Below, one piece after another: positions 13,747 to 26,308 of a stretch of DNA of 64,000 nucleotides. The stretch's first letter is position 1; every line of letters begins with the position of its first letter. Below the pieces are notes generated by a model, which searched no databases, was not told the DNA's origin, and was given only the letters and a program-made list of their open reading frames with translations. This DNA is from Polymyxa betae A26-41 (taxonomy: Eukaryota > Protista > Endomyxa: Phytomyxea): NCBI GenBank assembly GCA_003693705.1, contig RBZT01000375.1, forward strand, positions 5,042 to 69,041. The letters are read 5' to 3'. Made by a program: the position numbers and the translations under genes.

Positions 13747-14607
13747 ATGTTGTGGTCTGCCAGGGCAGTGGCTAAGAGCCGCTGCATGTCGACTGGAATC
13801 TCGATCCAGGAGGCCGTCAAGCAGGTATTCTTCATCGTCTGATAGCATGTGTCGATACCAAATCAGTTTAGGCGAAGTTTATGAATACCTCTTGCCGCGA
13901 TGAAACGATTCAGGTCGCCATGCGACTGAACGTCGATCCGAGGAAGCCAAACCAGAGTGTTCGTGGGTCGGTGTGCTTGCCGCATGGCCTTGGAAAGAAG
14001 ATCTCTGTTGCAGTTTTCGCAACCGGGAAGGCAGCGCAAGACGCTCGATCGGCTGGAGCTGATTTTGTGGGCGCCGAAGACCTCGCTCAATCAATTACTG
14101 AGGGGAACGTCAATTTTGATCGATGTATCGCTACTCCGGATATGCTTGGGGTCACTTAAGCTTTCAGTTTCATTTTTCTTCATTCATCAAATGTCAAAGT
14201 AGGTCGTCGGTCGTGTTGCTCGTATTCTTGGCCCTCGTGGATTAATGCCGAACGTAAAACTCGGAACTGTCTGCAAAGACGTTGCCAGCGCCATAAAATC
14301 AGCTAAACAAGGGCAAGTCGAGTTCCGTGCAGAAAAAATGGGCATTGTCCATGCCCCATTAGCAAAAACCAGTTTCTCTTTAGAACACATCGAAGATAAC
14401 CTTAAGTCAGCCACGATTGCAATCTGAGACTTGTGATTCATTAACTTTTTATGCAGCGAGTTGATTCGAGCAATTCAAGACGCTAAGCCATCTGGCGCCA
14501 AAGGCAATTACATTCGCGGAGCAACGTTGACTTCAAACCGAGGGCATGCTGTTCCTCTCGACGTTTCGGTCAAGCCATTCACAATGCGCAAGACAAGCAA
14601 CCGTTGA
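13747..14607 (+). CDS. MRPL1: Organellar (probably mitochondrial) ribosomal protein uL1
   Basis: [62 protein letters not shown]; N-terminus [16 protein letters not shown] looks like a presequence; 3 introns. Confidence 0.9.
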
Positions 14608-14746
14608 TAAAAATTTCTTGAATACTGGGTTTGGTTGCATAGTCAAGCTCGTTGAATGGTTTTCCAGAAGCCTGATTTCCCCAATGTTGATTTTACCTAA
14701 TCTTTTGCAAAGACGTGTAATTTGTATATACTTAAACATTATGGAT

Positions 14747-17700
14747 TTACTGTTTATTATGCTGATTTTGGTAGAATTCTGCAATTTCCGAACTCGATGT
14801 TGCATCTTCAGGTTTCTTATCCGGACGAACCTGAATAAATCGTGGAAAGCGAAGTGCAATTCCTTTATCATCAGCAACTAGGCCGATGGCAGCTTTATGC
14901 ACCGGGCTAATAGACAAATCTGCCGCTTTAATCTCCCAGACCTATAAAAAAATAATGTCAACTTCTTAGCAACAAATAAGCTATCAATGCAAACTTGGGA
15001 TCCATCCAGCCACTCATCTGGCAGATCCTTTTCACCGTATCGATAGTATCTTCGAGGACCCTGATGACTCCGACTTAGAGCAGCTGACAAGATTAGACAG
15101 TTACGAACCTCGACGATATGTTGTTTAGCCCAGTCGGTTAAAACCTGTAGCATTTCGTCGCTGAAACCCGTTCCAATTTTGCAAACGGATTGCAGATCTT
15201 CACTGTCAGCATCATAGACAGCAAGCAAGTAGCCGCCGAATGTTCCCGTTCGCCTTCCCTTTCCATAGTACGCTCCTGAGTAAGGTATTTTTAAATAATC
15301 CAGTTACAGCAACTGAAACTGACCAATAGGAATTAGGTCAAACGAATCGGTCAATCCTTGCATATAATCTTTCTTGAGTTTCCTCCACGCATGGCTACGT
15401 TTATCAGGCTCATACAGTGCCAACTGGCCGTCATTAAGACACTTGACCTATTAACGAACAGTTAAAATATTTCCAGGATGGACGAAGCAGCTGACCATTA
15501 AACCTTCACAGTTCTGCGCAATGGATTCGTCAAGGAATTGAGTGATCTCCATTTCGTCGGTCCTGGACAATGTCAGACTTTCAGAACAATAGAATTAGAA
15601 TATCAAACGTTTCTTTGGAAATGGTGAATCGAAAATGGTCTTCGATTTCATTAAATGAAGAATGCAGCAAGCGCCTTCGTTCTCTCAAAGGAACTGAGAG
15701 GAGCGACTAATAGAGCATCAATACTTTTTATGGTTTGAGGGCAAGTTGCATACCTTTCCATTCAGAAATATCAAATCAAAGGCAAAAATACATATATCAA
15801 CAGCAATATCTTCGGTTTTCACATCTTTTCTCTTTCGAGTGGATAGAACCTGAAATGGGCGAATGCAATGTGTAGTTCGATCGAATGCAACAGCCTCTGC
15901 ATCGATAATACAGGATTGCACCAAGCCTGGTTTGAATGTCTATAAAATTTCTGTAAGATAAGAAATACAATATGAGAATGATTGCCTTTGAAATCATGCC
16001 AACAATGTCGGGAAATTTAGCTGTTGTTGTCTCTGCATTGCGGCTAAAAACGTGGGCATTGCCGTCCTCAAGAACGTGGATCTAGATGTTTCTTAGCGTT
16101 GGATTGAACGACATCAGTTTCAGCTTTTTGTTGAGTAAAGATTAAATGAAAACAAAAATCCAACCTGCACCCGTTCACCGTCGTATTTATATTCCAATAC
16201 GATATCATGACTGTCGAAAGTTTCCAGTACCTATAAATTTCAATTTGAGAAAGAAAACAGTGAACAAAGCAAACAGCTAGTACTTGAGTGACAGATTTAG
16301 CAGGCGCTGCAAGCATGCATTTGATGGGAATGCCGGGCGTTAAGAAGCAATGCTGATTAAGTTCACTGATTGGATACTCAAGCAGCGTGGGAATGATTTT
16401 AGACAAGTTTGGACACTCCACCCAAGCTCTTTTCAGAGCTGCAGTAGCAGCCTCAATCTCTCTGGAAAGATGAAATCTGAGCGCAATGAAGGAATACAAA
16501 AGCAGAGAGACTAACTGCAAAAGTTCAAATTCTTTGAGAACTAAAGAAAGGTCGAATCGCTTATCCGGCAACTCATTTATTTTCTTACGCTCTTCTTCTG
16601 AATGTACAGCCAATTAAATTCGAGAACGGCCGGATGATATTAAAACACTTACCTGATAGAGGAGGGGTTAGCACGACAGCTCTAGCAAGCGACGGCAGGA
16701 TTGTTCGAATCGAGCAACCGATTCTTGTAAGCGATGAAAATGAGCAGCAGAAGGAGATGACAAGACCAACCGTAAATTTCCTTGAAACGACCGGACAATG
16801 TATCGAGCTTCGCATTCCCGGCTTGCCACCAACAAATTTTTGATTAAACCGATTTTCCTGTCCGCTTTGTTGTCCAAAGCAATCTTACGGAACTGGTTAA
16901 AAACTTTAGCAACTGACGAGATAAGTTAGCCTCGAGAAGCCCAGATTGAGTAGTGCCTATACCAGTTAGCGGTGGCGGTGGAAAAATAGTCGTCTGCGAG
17001 GTACGGCTTTTTTCAGCGATCTCTCCTAAATCGCCGACGTCTTTCAGTTCCGCTGAGAGCTTTTTCACATTCCGACCGGTACTTCGACGTTGTTAGGAAC
17101 GACACAAAGTCGTAAAGTAATCACAAACCTTTGTGCCAAAACTTTGATTAGTAACCCATCTCCAACACCAATTTCCAGTCCTTCATAATCTGAGCCAAGC
17201 TACAAAATCAGGCACGAAAGCCAAAAACAAACCCCAGTACCTTGTTGATACAAAGATAAATCACTGATAGTAAAGCCTCGGGATTCTTAACGATCACTGA
17301 TCGGAAGAAATTAGTGATTCGGTTAATGTTAGGGATTCGCCGAGATTCGCCTTCCACATCATGAAACAATCTTGACATGTAAAGATATGGCATGCTATAT
17401 GAATCAGTAACCGTTAGCGACCGTATATATTTGAGTGGAAACCCACAAACTCTGGACCGACAGGCCATTCGCTGTCGCGAAGAGGATTATATTTAGGACT
17501 TAGGCAGACTTCAGTTGCATTCAACAAGCAATAAAGAGAGTAAAGTACAATTCATCTTTGCCAGGCGCATGTTTGACTTTGGCCCGGATATCAGCTGTTG
17601 CAAGTGTCCTGAACACAACTCAATAAACAAGAGTTTTTGGGCTCCAACTTTTTTAACTGTCTTACTCTAATTCGTCCTCAGTATGCATCTCGTCTTGCTC

Positions 17701-18454
17701 ATCAACCAATCTTTCATCGTCAGACGGTATTGTTGCAGATGCGTCAGATCCGCTTTCAGCAGCAATTTTCACTCTTGGAGGTCTGGAATCGTCCTAGAGC
17801 ACGGTTTCACTATGAGATTGTCACAAGCCGACACTTCATACGTTCGCATTGTCTCTATCAGGTTCTAATGGAGCATTCTGATCTGGCTGATTGTCTTCGT
17901 CGGATTCTACAATTTTCCGAAGACTGAACGACTTTGAATAACCGTTAGGGTCGTTGATGGAAGCAGCATTACCGCTTCGACGGCACCTTGTTCTCTTTAG
18001 CGCTGAAACAGAAAGTTGAGAAGTAAAATTTCAGCAAAAATGACATACCCAGAATGCACTTCGACCTAAACGATATTAGTAAAATTAAAAAAAAATAGGA
18101 AGGCAGACATACCGAGCCAGAGCTTACTGTTGTGTCCACAGGTTGCTTGCTGGCTGTTTTGCCTTCAGGTAATTTCATGTCTTTCTCTGAAGTCTTTTGC
18201 ACAGTTTGCTTTGCAGAGCGTTTCGCTGGACTTTTCTTAATATCGACGAGATCCGCTTTGCGTTTGCTAAGTAAAGATCATCAGAGAATCAGTGAACCAG
18301 GATAAATTGTAATGAACCTGGACGGCGGAACTTCAGCTTTTTGGGCGCCGTCATCCTTCGACTCGCCTGCTTTCTTGAAGAACGATCTATTGGTGACCGT
18401 TATTGCTGCCAATTATCCGGATTTCAATCAGTACCCAATGGAGGTCTGCTTCAT
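14747..18454 (-). CDS. LIG1: DNA ligase I (ATP-dependent)
   Basis: N-terminal PIP-box-like [71 protein letters not shown]. Confidence 0.95.
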
Positions 18455-19465
18455 ACCCTCTCCAGGATTGAACTGACTCGCTTTGAATCAGTTTCAAAAT
18501 TGATTACGATGTGAATCTGGAGACAGAGAGATGCACGCACCTGTTCACCCGCAACAATTTCCTTCTCCAGCTTCACTTGAACTACCCGCTTCAATCCCAT
18601 CATATTAGGTGGGTTCAGGTATATTCACATTATTCGGCAAAACGTAGCATCTTCGTAGTTGATAACAGGTGCAAGAGTTGCTCGGCCTCAGATTTAGATG
18701 CTGAACCAGAAATGGGTCTCAGTTTTGGTGGTAAATTAGGTGGAGTTGTTTATGAATATAATAAACCACAAATCTGTCCTTAGATGCATGCTTAGATTAT
18801 CAAATCTGCAATGTGATGTGATCAAGATTGTAGATATGAAGAACAGAAACGCACGGCCTCAGGAACTGCAGTTATTACTGATACGATTGTTGTGAAACAC
18901 GGAAACTGTGAAGCCTTGATAAAACATTGCAGCATCTGTCTTTTAAAGGTAATAATCAAAACCAGTAAGCTAATCATACCCCACAGAAAGTGAAGACCCA
19001 GAACCATTTAAATCTTTCTGAAAAAAAAATAGCACAAAGAGACAGCAATCATGGATGTCGAATGACCCCAATATGACTCGTTTTTTGAAATCACTAGCCA
19101 TAAATTGAGAATATCAGCAAACATGGCGCAAATACAGCCTCGCTCATGATTTATAGGGACGCCTCAGCAACCGGATTACAGTCGAAACTGGTTAGCGGCT
19201 ATCTGGCGACCCATTCATTACGATCATTTGGGATGTACTCGATTGTGGTCGACCTGTAGACCCAACAGAGGGGAGAGAGAGAGACAGACAAAGAGACAAA
19301 GAGTGACGACGTTAACGGGGCGGTCACTTTTCATAGCTGCGCCAATATTAGCTATAATATCCGATTGCGCTTCTACCAGCTTTTAACTGCCGCCGACATC
19401 TTGTCGTCGTCAGCCCAGCGCTGCCCTGGCTCCGCCGTCTCGTCGGCTGACCCTCCAGGTTCTCT

Positions 19466-20573
19466 ATGTCTTCCTCGTCGAATTACAAGGAGAGATTGCA
19501 TAGGATCCAATCCGACCCTGCAAACAAGGCGAGCGGTTCAATTGGCCTTACAATTATTGTCTAAACTAACCTTGCTTAGACCTGTATCGACTGTAATTGC
19601 CCCAATCCTCAATGGGCGTCGGTCTCACATGGGACGTTCATCTGCATTGATTGCTCTGGCGTGCATCGATCGCTGGGTGTCCATATCTCGTTTGTTAGAT
19701 CGGTGACTATGGATTCCTGGAGCGACAAGCAAATTGCCATGCTGGTCCATGGCGGTAATGCACGAATGAGGCAGTTTTTTACCGACCAAGCGTTCCCAGC
19801 TGGCCTGTCGCATGCGGTAATTGCATGGCTCGCCTTTTATGCAAATATGTGTTGAAACTCAATAGGAGAAATATGGGTGCAGTGCAACTAGTGCTTATAG
19901 AGACCGATTAAAGCTTTTAGCTGAAGATAAACCGGCTCCAGAAATTCCTTTCATCGGTTATATCGCGCCGCCAAGAGCTTCATCGTTCTCAGCAGCGCAA
20001 TCAAGCTCTGGATTCGGAAGCCAACCTACATACCGGTCATCGGCGCCGGCTGTACCGGCCAATAATGATATTTGGGGATCAGTTTCGAGCGTATTCGGCG
20101 CCATTGCTAGTACCTCTCGCGTCGTGGTGGAGAAATCTCAGCCCGTTTTGCAGGATGCTGGAAAGCAGGGTTGGGCAGCCATGACATCGCTTTATGCTAA
20201 AGCACAAGAAATGACGACTGGTGCCATTTCGAATCCGTCACCGCCGAATGATGCCAGGTTCCCGCGAGAGACTGGTCTACCGCAATCGTCGATGCCGAGT
20301 TTGTCGTCGGATGCTTATTTCTCTTCGTCATCGAGATCGAATATACCTTATAAGGGTTTGTCATCCGACGACTTTTTCACCCAAGAATCGTTGCGAACCT
20401 CACAACCGTCAACGCAACGTGATTCTGTTCCAGCTCAGCAACCGAATGTTGCTGCAATCCAAGAACAGCGATCACGACCACTGTCATCCTCCAGAACAGG
20501 ATCTCAGGTTGATGGGAATAGCCATGTTGAGGAACTGAAAGACGACTCGTTTGACGATTGGGGTTGGGGTTGA
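19466..20573 (+). CDS. ADP-ribosylation factor GTPase-activating protein (ArfGAP1-like)
   Basis: [47 protein letters not shown]; C-terminal DDWGWG; first intron is GC-AG. Confidence 0.92.
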
Positions 20574-20666
20574 TATGTTTATAAAGTCACTGTCTGTAAA
20601 ACTCATTTGTAGCCAGTTTCATGCATAATTCAGTTTATAGATTACTACTATATGGAACTTATAATG

Positions 20667-21661
20667 TTAGTGATGCCATTGATCGTTCGTAGAAACTTTA
20701 ACGTTATCCCCTCTAAGAATCTTATAAACGATAATGAAGATGATTAAGATTAGAATAGAGAGGGCCATGCACCAAATATACTTATCTGTTGCTGTCCTCC
20801 TCAACATTCTTTTCACAATGAATGTCGCTCTGGTCAGCGTATCATCGATTTCGTAGGCTTGGTCATGAATGCGGTTCAGCTGCTCGGTTTGTGCTTTAAG
20901 TTTCGCGGCTGTTTCTATACCAACCTACAGATGTATTTTTTAGAAAACACTCAAGACATAGCGATGAAGCAAGGAGAACACGAAACAGCAAAATTGAACC
21001 GACTTCTTGCGTTTCGTTCAGAATCCGAATAGCGGTCTCTGCTGATTCGTTCGTCTCATTCATGAGCTTATTTCCATAATCCATGAGATTCGCTTCGGTC
21101 ATCTGTGATGGATCTATGGGCTTGTCAGCTGGTTGAACGCCTTCACTAGTTCGAGCCCATTCCATATCTCTAACATGGCAATGTTTTGGTGAAAGCAATC
21201 GCAGAGTACGTCGTTGTAATCCACCTGGTGATGTCCTTCAAGGCGGTAAGCTCCCCTTTCAATCTTCCTTTCCAAATATTACGAGCATCGGGGTCTAAAA
21301 CTCGAACCTCCATCTCTACCATTTTCATGTCTCGTCTCGCACGCGATACCTTATCCTCCAGATCATTTAGCATCTGTAGCACGATAATCAGTAAACGATA
21401 CTTCCTGGAGCTAATCCCAACCTTGGTTTTCTCAGCAGGTTTCTTGATTGTGCTGACTTTGTCCAGCTCAGTCCGTATTTCTGCAAGGCTGTCTTGCAGC
21501 TCTTTATGACGCATGTTGAGCTCCGTCATGATTGATTATTGGATTTAGCAGCAGCAGCGGCTTAAACCAGCATCGATCGTGTGTGAATGTCTGCTGATCA
21601 CTGCCTGGGAATACAGATCTGCTTGGGTACCCTTGCCAGCAACCAGGTCATCATCATCCAT
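20667..21661 (-). CDS. Qb-SNARE, NPSN/VTI1-like (start 21661 or 21529)
   Basis: N-terminal helical bundle, SNARE motif (GIETAAKLKAQTEQLNRI..IDDTL), then ATDKYIWC and a C-terminal transmembrane helix. Confidence 0.8.
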
Positions 21662-21913
21662 TTTCCAGAACAATTTCCTAATCCTGTATCCATGAAAAGG
21701 CTGAGCTTTGGGGATATGGAGAGATGTCATGTTTGGGAAGTGCTCCAGATAGTCTCCTATCGATTACAGTCCTGATTTCCGCAAACTGTGCGGATCGTCC
21801 TTCTCTTGCAAAACATACCTCTCTGATTTTGTGTCGGAAGGTGGTGCTGATGTTGGGGTTGTACGCCGTCACTCGTGGATCGGTGTCGATTATTTTCAAA
21901 CATTACGACATAA

Positions 21914-22032
21914 TCGAATCGATAGTGTGGAAGATCTAAGACGTATACGTGCTTCAATATCGAATATTTTAGTCGAATCGATAGTGTGGAAGATCTAAGA
22001 CGTATACGTGCTTCAATATCGAATATTTTAGT
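21914..22032. repeat. Perfect 59-bp tandem duplication
   Basis: tcgaatcgatagtgtggaagatctaagacgtatacgtgcttcaatatcgaatattttag at 21914 and again at 21973. Confidence 0.95.
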
Positions 22033-22660
22033 AGGACAATGGGCATTAGATGGACGTCAAATAGCAGAATCTACATCTGATGGATGTATTGAAATATGTC
22101 ATTCATCTCATAACTGCAAAATGTTACTGCTACTAACATCACCATCACCTGCTACATCTATTAGATTTCGACATCAGATTTTACATCCGATTTATTACAA
22201 CATGTACTAGCTGCTACATATATTACTGGACCTATTCGCTATTGCTCAATCTCATTTTCAATCTGGTGCTAAGATACGTCATCAAACTGGACGTGATAAT
22301 CAATGAATGGCGTTAGATTATAGTAAGAGATGCTCTAATGTTAGTTACTGCTGGTAAAGATCGTTTCGTATAAATGATGAGACTACTGGCTCTATTATAC
22401 GTACATCATCTGGACATACTAATAGAACATTCTCTACGAAGTATCATCAAGATCGATTAATAAAATTAGCTGTTGGATGGGATGATACTGTAGTTCCACT
22501 ACCTTTATTAGTAACAGTTGTATTTAATAGTTGTGATAGGTACGCCTATGGGATAAACGTGCTTTCCCAGCTGGATTAATACATGGACCACATATATGTG
22601 GTGATGCTATTGATATGAAACGACATGAAGTATTAACTGGATCATTGGATTAATAAAGAT
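22030..22660 (+). pseudogene. Degenerate WD40-repeat gene
   Basis: WD40 fragments (STSDGCI, LVTAGKDRFV*, GHTNRTFS, GWDDTV, LWD.R, GPHICGDAID, LTGS) interrupted by stops and frameshifts. Confidence 0.7.
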
Positions 22661-22897
22661 CAAATTTATGCAGTTCAGACCAGTCTCAATGATATAGGCA
22701 AATGCGATTACGTAGAGAGGGGGATATAGTGCAGGCAACATCGCGATACCAGAGTCTAGGATTTTCCAAATTAGTTGTTGTATGGGAATTTCATGCTGTT
22801 AGCTGTTGAGAGATGAAGCATGGGTTTATCTCTTTCTTTGGAGCAGGCTGGCTGATTTGCTGTATCAAACTCTCTTAGTCACGGTAGGATATGGTGC

Positions 22898-22947
22898 TTT
22901 GTAGTTAGGTATGTATATGAATTTTGTAGTTAGGTATGTATATGAAT
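22898..22947. repeat. 25-bp tandem duplication
   Basis: tttgtagttaggtatgtatatgaat twice (22898, 22923). Confidence 0.9.
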
Positions 22948-22976
22948 TTTTTATGGAATAGATATATTATACTAGG

Positions 22977-24145
22977 TTAAGCGATAAACCCAATAAAGAA
23001 TACAGAAAAAATTATGAGGGCTAGGAAAATTTTAATGATTAGTCCTCGGTTGGATCTCATTCTATCCCAGTACATAACCAGTTGTTCATGAGCGCCTTCC
23101 ACATTTCCCATTGTTAAAACAACATTATCGTCAATTCGACGTATTTGTTCTCCTTGCATTGAGACAATCGTCGCTAACCGCTGGTACATTTCACCTAACT
23201 CCTGAATCGTTGAATCGATATTGGTGATGGCGTTCGATCTGCTTTGTAGATACGCATCAGCATTTGTGGAAGATGCCGGCAACAGAGCCTGCGTTTGTTC
23301 GGCATGTATCTGATCCTGAGAAGCTGAAGGCGACATTGCAGCTGACGAATGCATATCTTTGATAGCAACTCGATGTTAATCAGCCGATATAACCACGATA
23401 TCAAAAGAGTGCATTACCTGGTCGATGGCGCATACCAAATCCAGAAGAACTGGATAAAGCAGAATACTGGCCCCTGCGCGTATCCTGCGATCTCATATTG
23501 GCAGAGCGAACTTTCAGCACGTCTTGAAACATCTTTGCCTGGTCGGCAATTTTGGTCTTGAGATCCTTCACGACTCCCATCGTATGCCCATCAGCCTAAT
23601 GAAATCAGAATGTGTTCGTCTTCAACAAAACGATAAATCTGACTTGTTTGGCTCCGGTCTGGTGCTCCTCACCGTATTTCGCTAGGATATCAATCTCACT
23701 TGAAATCGTATTGAGATCCGTTTTGATAACCTCAGTTAGCTGAGCTATCTTATCACTTGGCAAGACAAAATGTTGGTAATAGAATTCAATTAAACTTGTC
23801 CAGAACTGACCTCGGATCATTGAAAAGTTGCCGAGTCTGGGCGATCTTCGCCAGGCTTTCTAACTTTGTTGTTGTGTTGATAATCATTCGGTTGATTTCT
23901 AAAGCTGCTTTGTTGAAATTGATAGAAGATGCTGGAGTAGGCGGAGCAGCGGTGTTCACAGCCTTTTGTTGTGTAATGAATCACAGTGAAATCGGTGAAG
24001 AAGACATTACCTCAGGTACTGATCTTTGACGCCTAAACGAATCTGCAGTAGAGAAAAATTCGGAAGTCCTATCATGTGCCCCGTGACCGCCTTGGTTAGA
24101 CCCAAGCGTACTTCTCCATGTTGACATGGAGCTATTCTGATTCAT
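22977..24145 (-). CDS. STX5: Syntaxin-5 (Sed5/SYP3) Qa-SNARE
   Basis: HDRTSEF N-peptide, FNKAA.EI, KLERLAK, I..LT.VIK.D, SNARE motif YLQSRSNAITNIDSTIQELGEMYQRLATIVSMQGEQIRRIDDNV, C-terminal SNRGLIIKIF transmembrane segment. Confidence 0.93.
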
Positions 24146-24722
24146 CAGGTTTTGCTGGCAATGCCCCTATAATTCGGGCTTGTAAGTGCCGTCGAACCGA
24201 TAATAATCGGCGACAATCAAGAACGGCCCTCTGGCTCTGCTTCTTCTCGAGAAAATTTTCTGAAACCGACGACTGTTAAGGAGGCCGCGCCTCCGGGTAT
24301 CCTTATTTCGAAAAGCAATTTTTTTGATTTTTCCACAATCAGATCTGACGGTGACGGCTGAGCTCGGCTTTAGCCAAGACATTTAGATCCCCGAAGTGTT
24401 CGATGTATTTTGCCAACGGGTACGGCAGTGTTCGCAGAATCTGATTTTTGGCGATGTTTGTGGAATTACAAAACGGAAATCGATTGCTTCGCAGGAAGTC
24501 TGCCTTTTTGAAGCTTTCGGATCGAATTGTGTAAGGTTTGACAAACTGTAGCATTCACAACCAGTACCTTTTGTACAAATACCTCGCAAATTATAAGACC
24601 ATTCTTCGTGAATCTATCGTCAAGGAACACACCAACGAACGCCAAGCCCGTGATACAAGGAGTGGAACAACGTCAGCAATCGATGAAATCTGACAGAACT
24701 GCCAGACAACGGTCGAAACGTG

Positions 24723-26163
24723 ATGGTCGCCGATTTCTATGATGATGAAGCAATCGTCATAGAGTGAACTGAAAGAATTGGGATGTAACGTATAACAGAG
24801 TGGGTGGCATATATTCCCCCGTTACACTCGTTATGGCGCCCAGTTTTCGGCTGGGGCGGTCTCGACCCCAAAACCCTCTTGGGGCGCCCCCATAACAACA
24901 TTCGGGCATTTCTTGTGTACATCAAGTAATGCAGGCCGATCCCATTTCCAGTCAGTCCAGTATCGTTCTGGAATCCGGTCTCAGACAGATCATATCCAGC
25001 GCCGTTGGTGATCATGAATCCACCGATAACGCCATCGCAGTCATCACTACAGTACGTTTCCCGCATCAACGCCTGCCGCCTTGATAACATCATCGACACA
25101 GTTCATCCAAACCTTGACAACCTTGGTGCAGCTCCTACCGAACTTGACATCGATTCGTCATTCCAATGAACTGATGAAGAAGTATGTCAGTTCATGCCAG
25201 GCTGCTATACAGGCTGAAAGCCTGGCAATTCTTCAATCGAAATATTCCACCGAACTAAGCAACATTCCCGAAGAACTGTCTCTTTCGAACCAAGGGTCTC
25301 CAATCAGAAGCGCATCCCCGGATTTGAAAATCCCACAGCTGCGAGCTAAGACAGCGCCTCGACATTCGCTTCTTCAACCTACCCGAAGAAGCTTAACAAT
25401 GGTTCGGCGTAAATCGGTCGAGCCTGATATGTCGCTTTCTGCTTCGTGTTTTCGCATGAATTCTTCAAGTTCCGTTGATCCCGGTTCCAACAATATTCCT
25501 TTACATCCTACTAGATCGAATTTGTCAGCACAACTTCGTCGCAGCAAAACGTTGGATGTCAGCAGAAGTGTCGATCTCAGTGCAGCGAAGCGGTCATCAA
25601 GCTCGTATTCTTTCGCTGCAGCGTCGACACCAAGGACCACAAACGAAAGAAGCAAAAGGGTAGCCTCTGCTCGTCGCTTGACGGAAGGCAATATAACGAC
25701 AAGAAGGAATAGCGACATCCAGCAATTGAGCGACGCATCTATCGATGTATCTCGAAGCGTCGATTGGGGGAGCTTCACATCGTCGACCAGCAGCTCTAAC
25801 GCTCCAAATGACGACCTTGAGATAGACGATCAAGTTCAGAAGCAGACAAAGGTGAAAGCTCCATCTAGGACACGGTCGCTTCTCTCAAGGTTACTTCTAA
25901 CGGATTCTGAAAAGCGTCGAGCTTCACAGGCTGAAGCTGTAGCTGTAACTTTTCATTTTCAGTGTATTATCGTATTGATTGACTGTAACACAGAGTAAGG
26001 AGAATGAAAAAAGAAATTCGGAATTTCTGCAGAATGTTGAGGAGCTTGTCGCCAAATCGTCTCCGGTAAGCTGACGATGCGTGTTTTATCTCGAGCTGCT
26101 ATAACCTTGTTCGCTCAGTACGATGAAGTATTTGCAACTCGGACCAAGATTCTAAACGAGTAG
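24723..26163 (+). CDS. Hypothetical Ser/Arg-rich protein (core exon 25081-25950; 5' structure uncertain)
   Basis: 305-aa ORF plus short GT-AG flanked exons; internal repeat DVSRSVD occurs twice; no family recognised. Confidence 0.55.
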
Positions 26164-26308
26164 CTAAATCTTATTTTAACCCTACCCATGTTCACAGGGA
26201 TTGTCATCAATACACTGATTAATTTAATTAAGCTTAGACGCCTAAATCTAAAATGCAAATCCGTTTCCACAGTAGGGACAGCGATAAATTTGGTTCGGCG
26301 TGCTTGCA

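Noticed and set aside
25374-25778. 134-aa antisense ORF
   Set aside because: Lies entirely opposite a longer Ser-rich ORF; no independent signal
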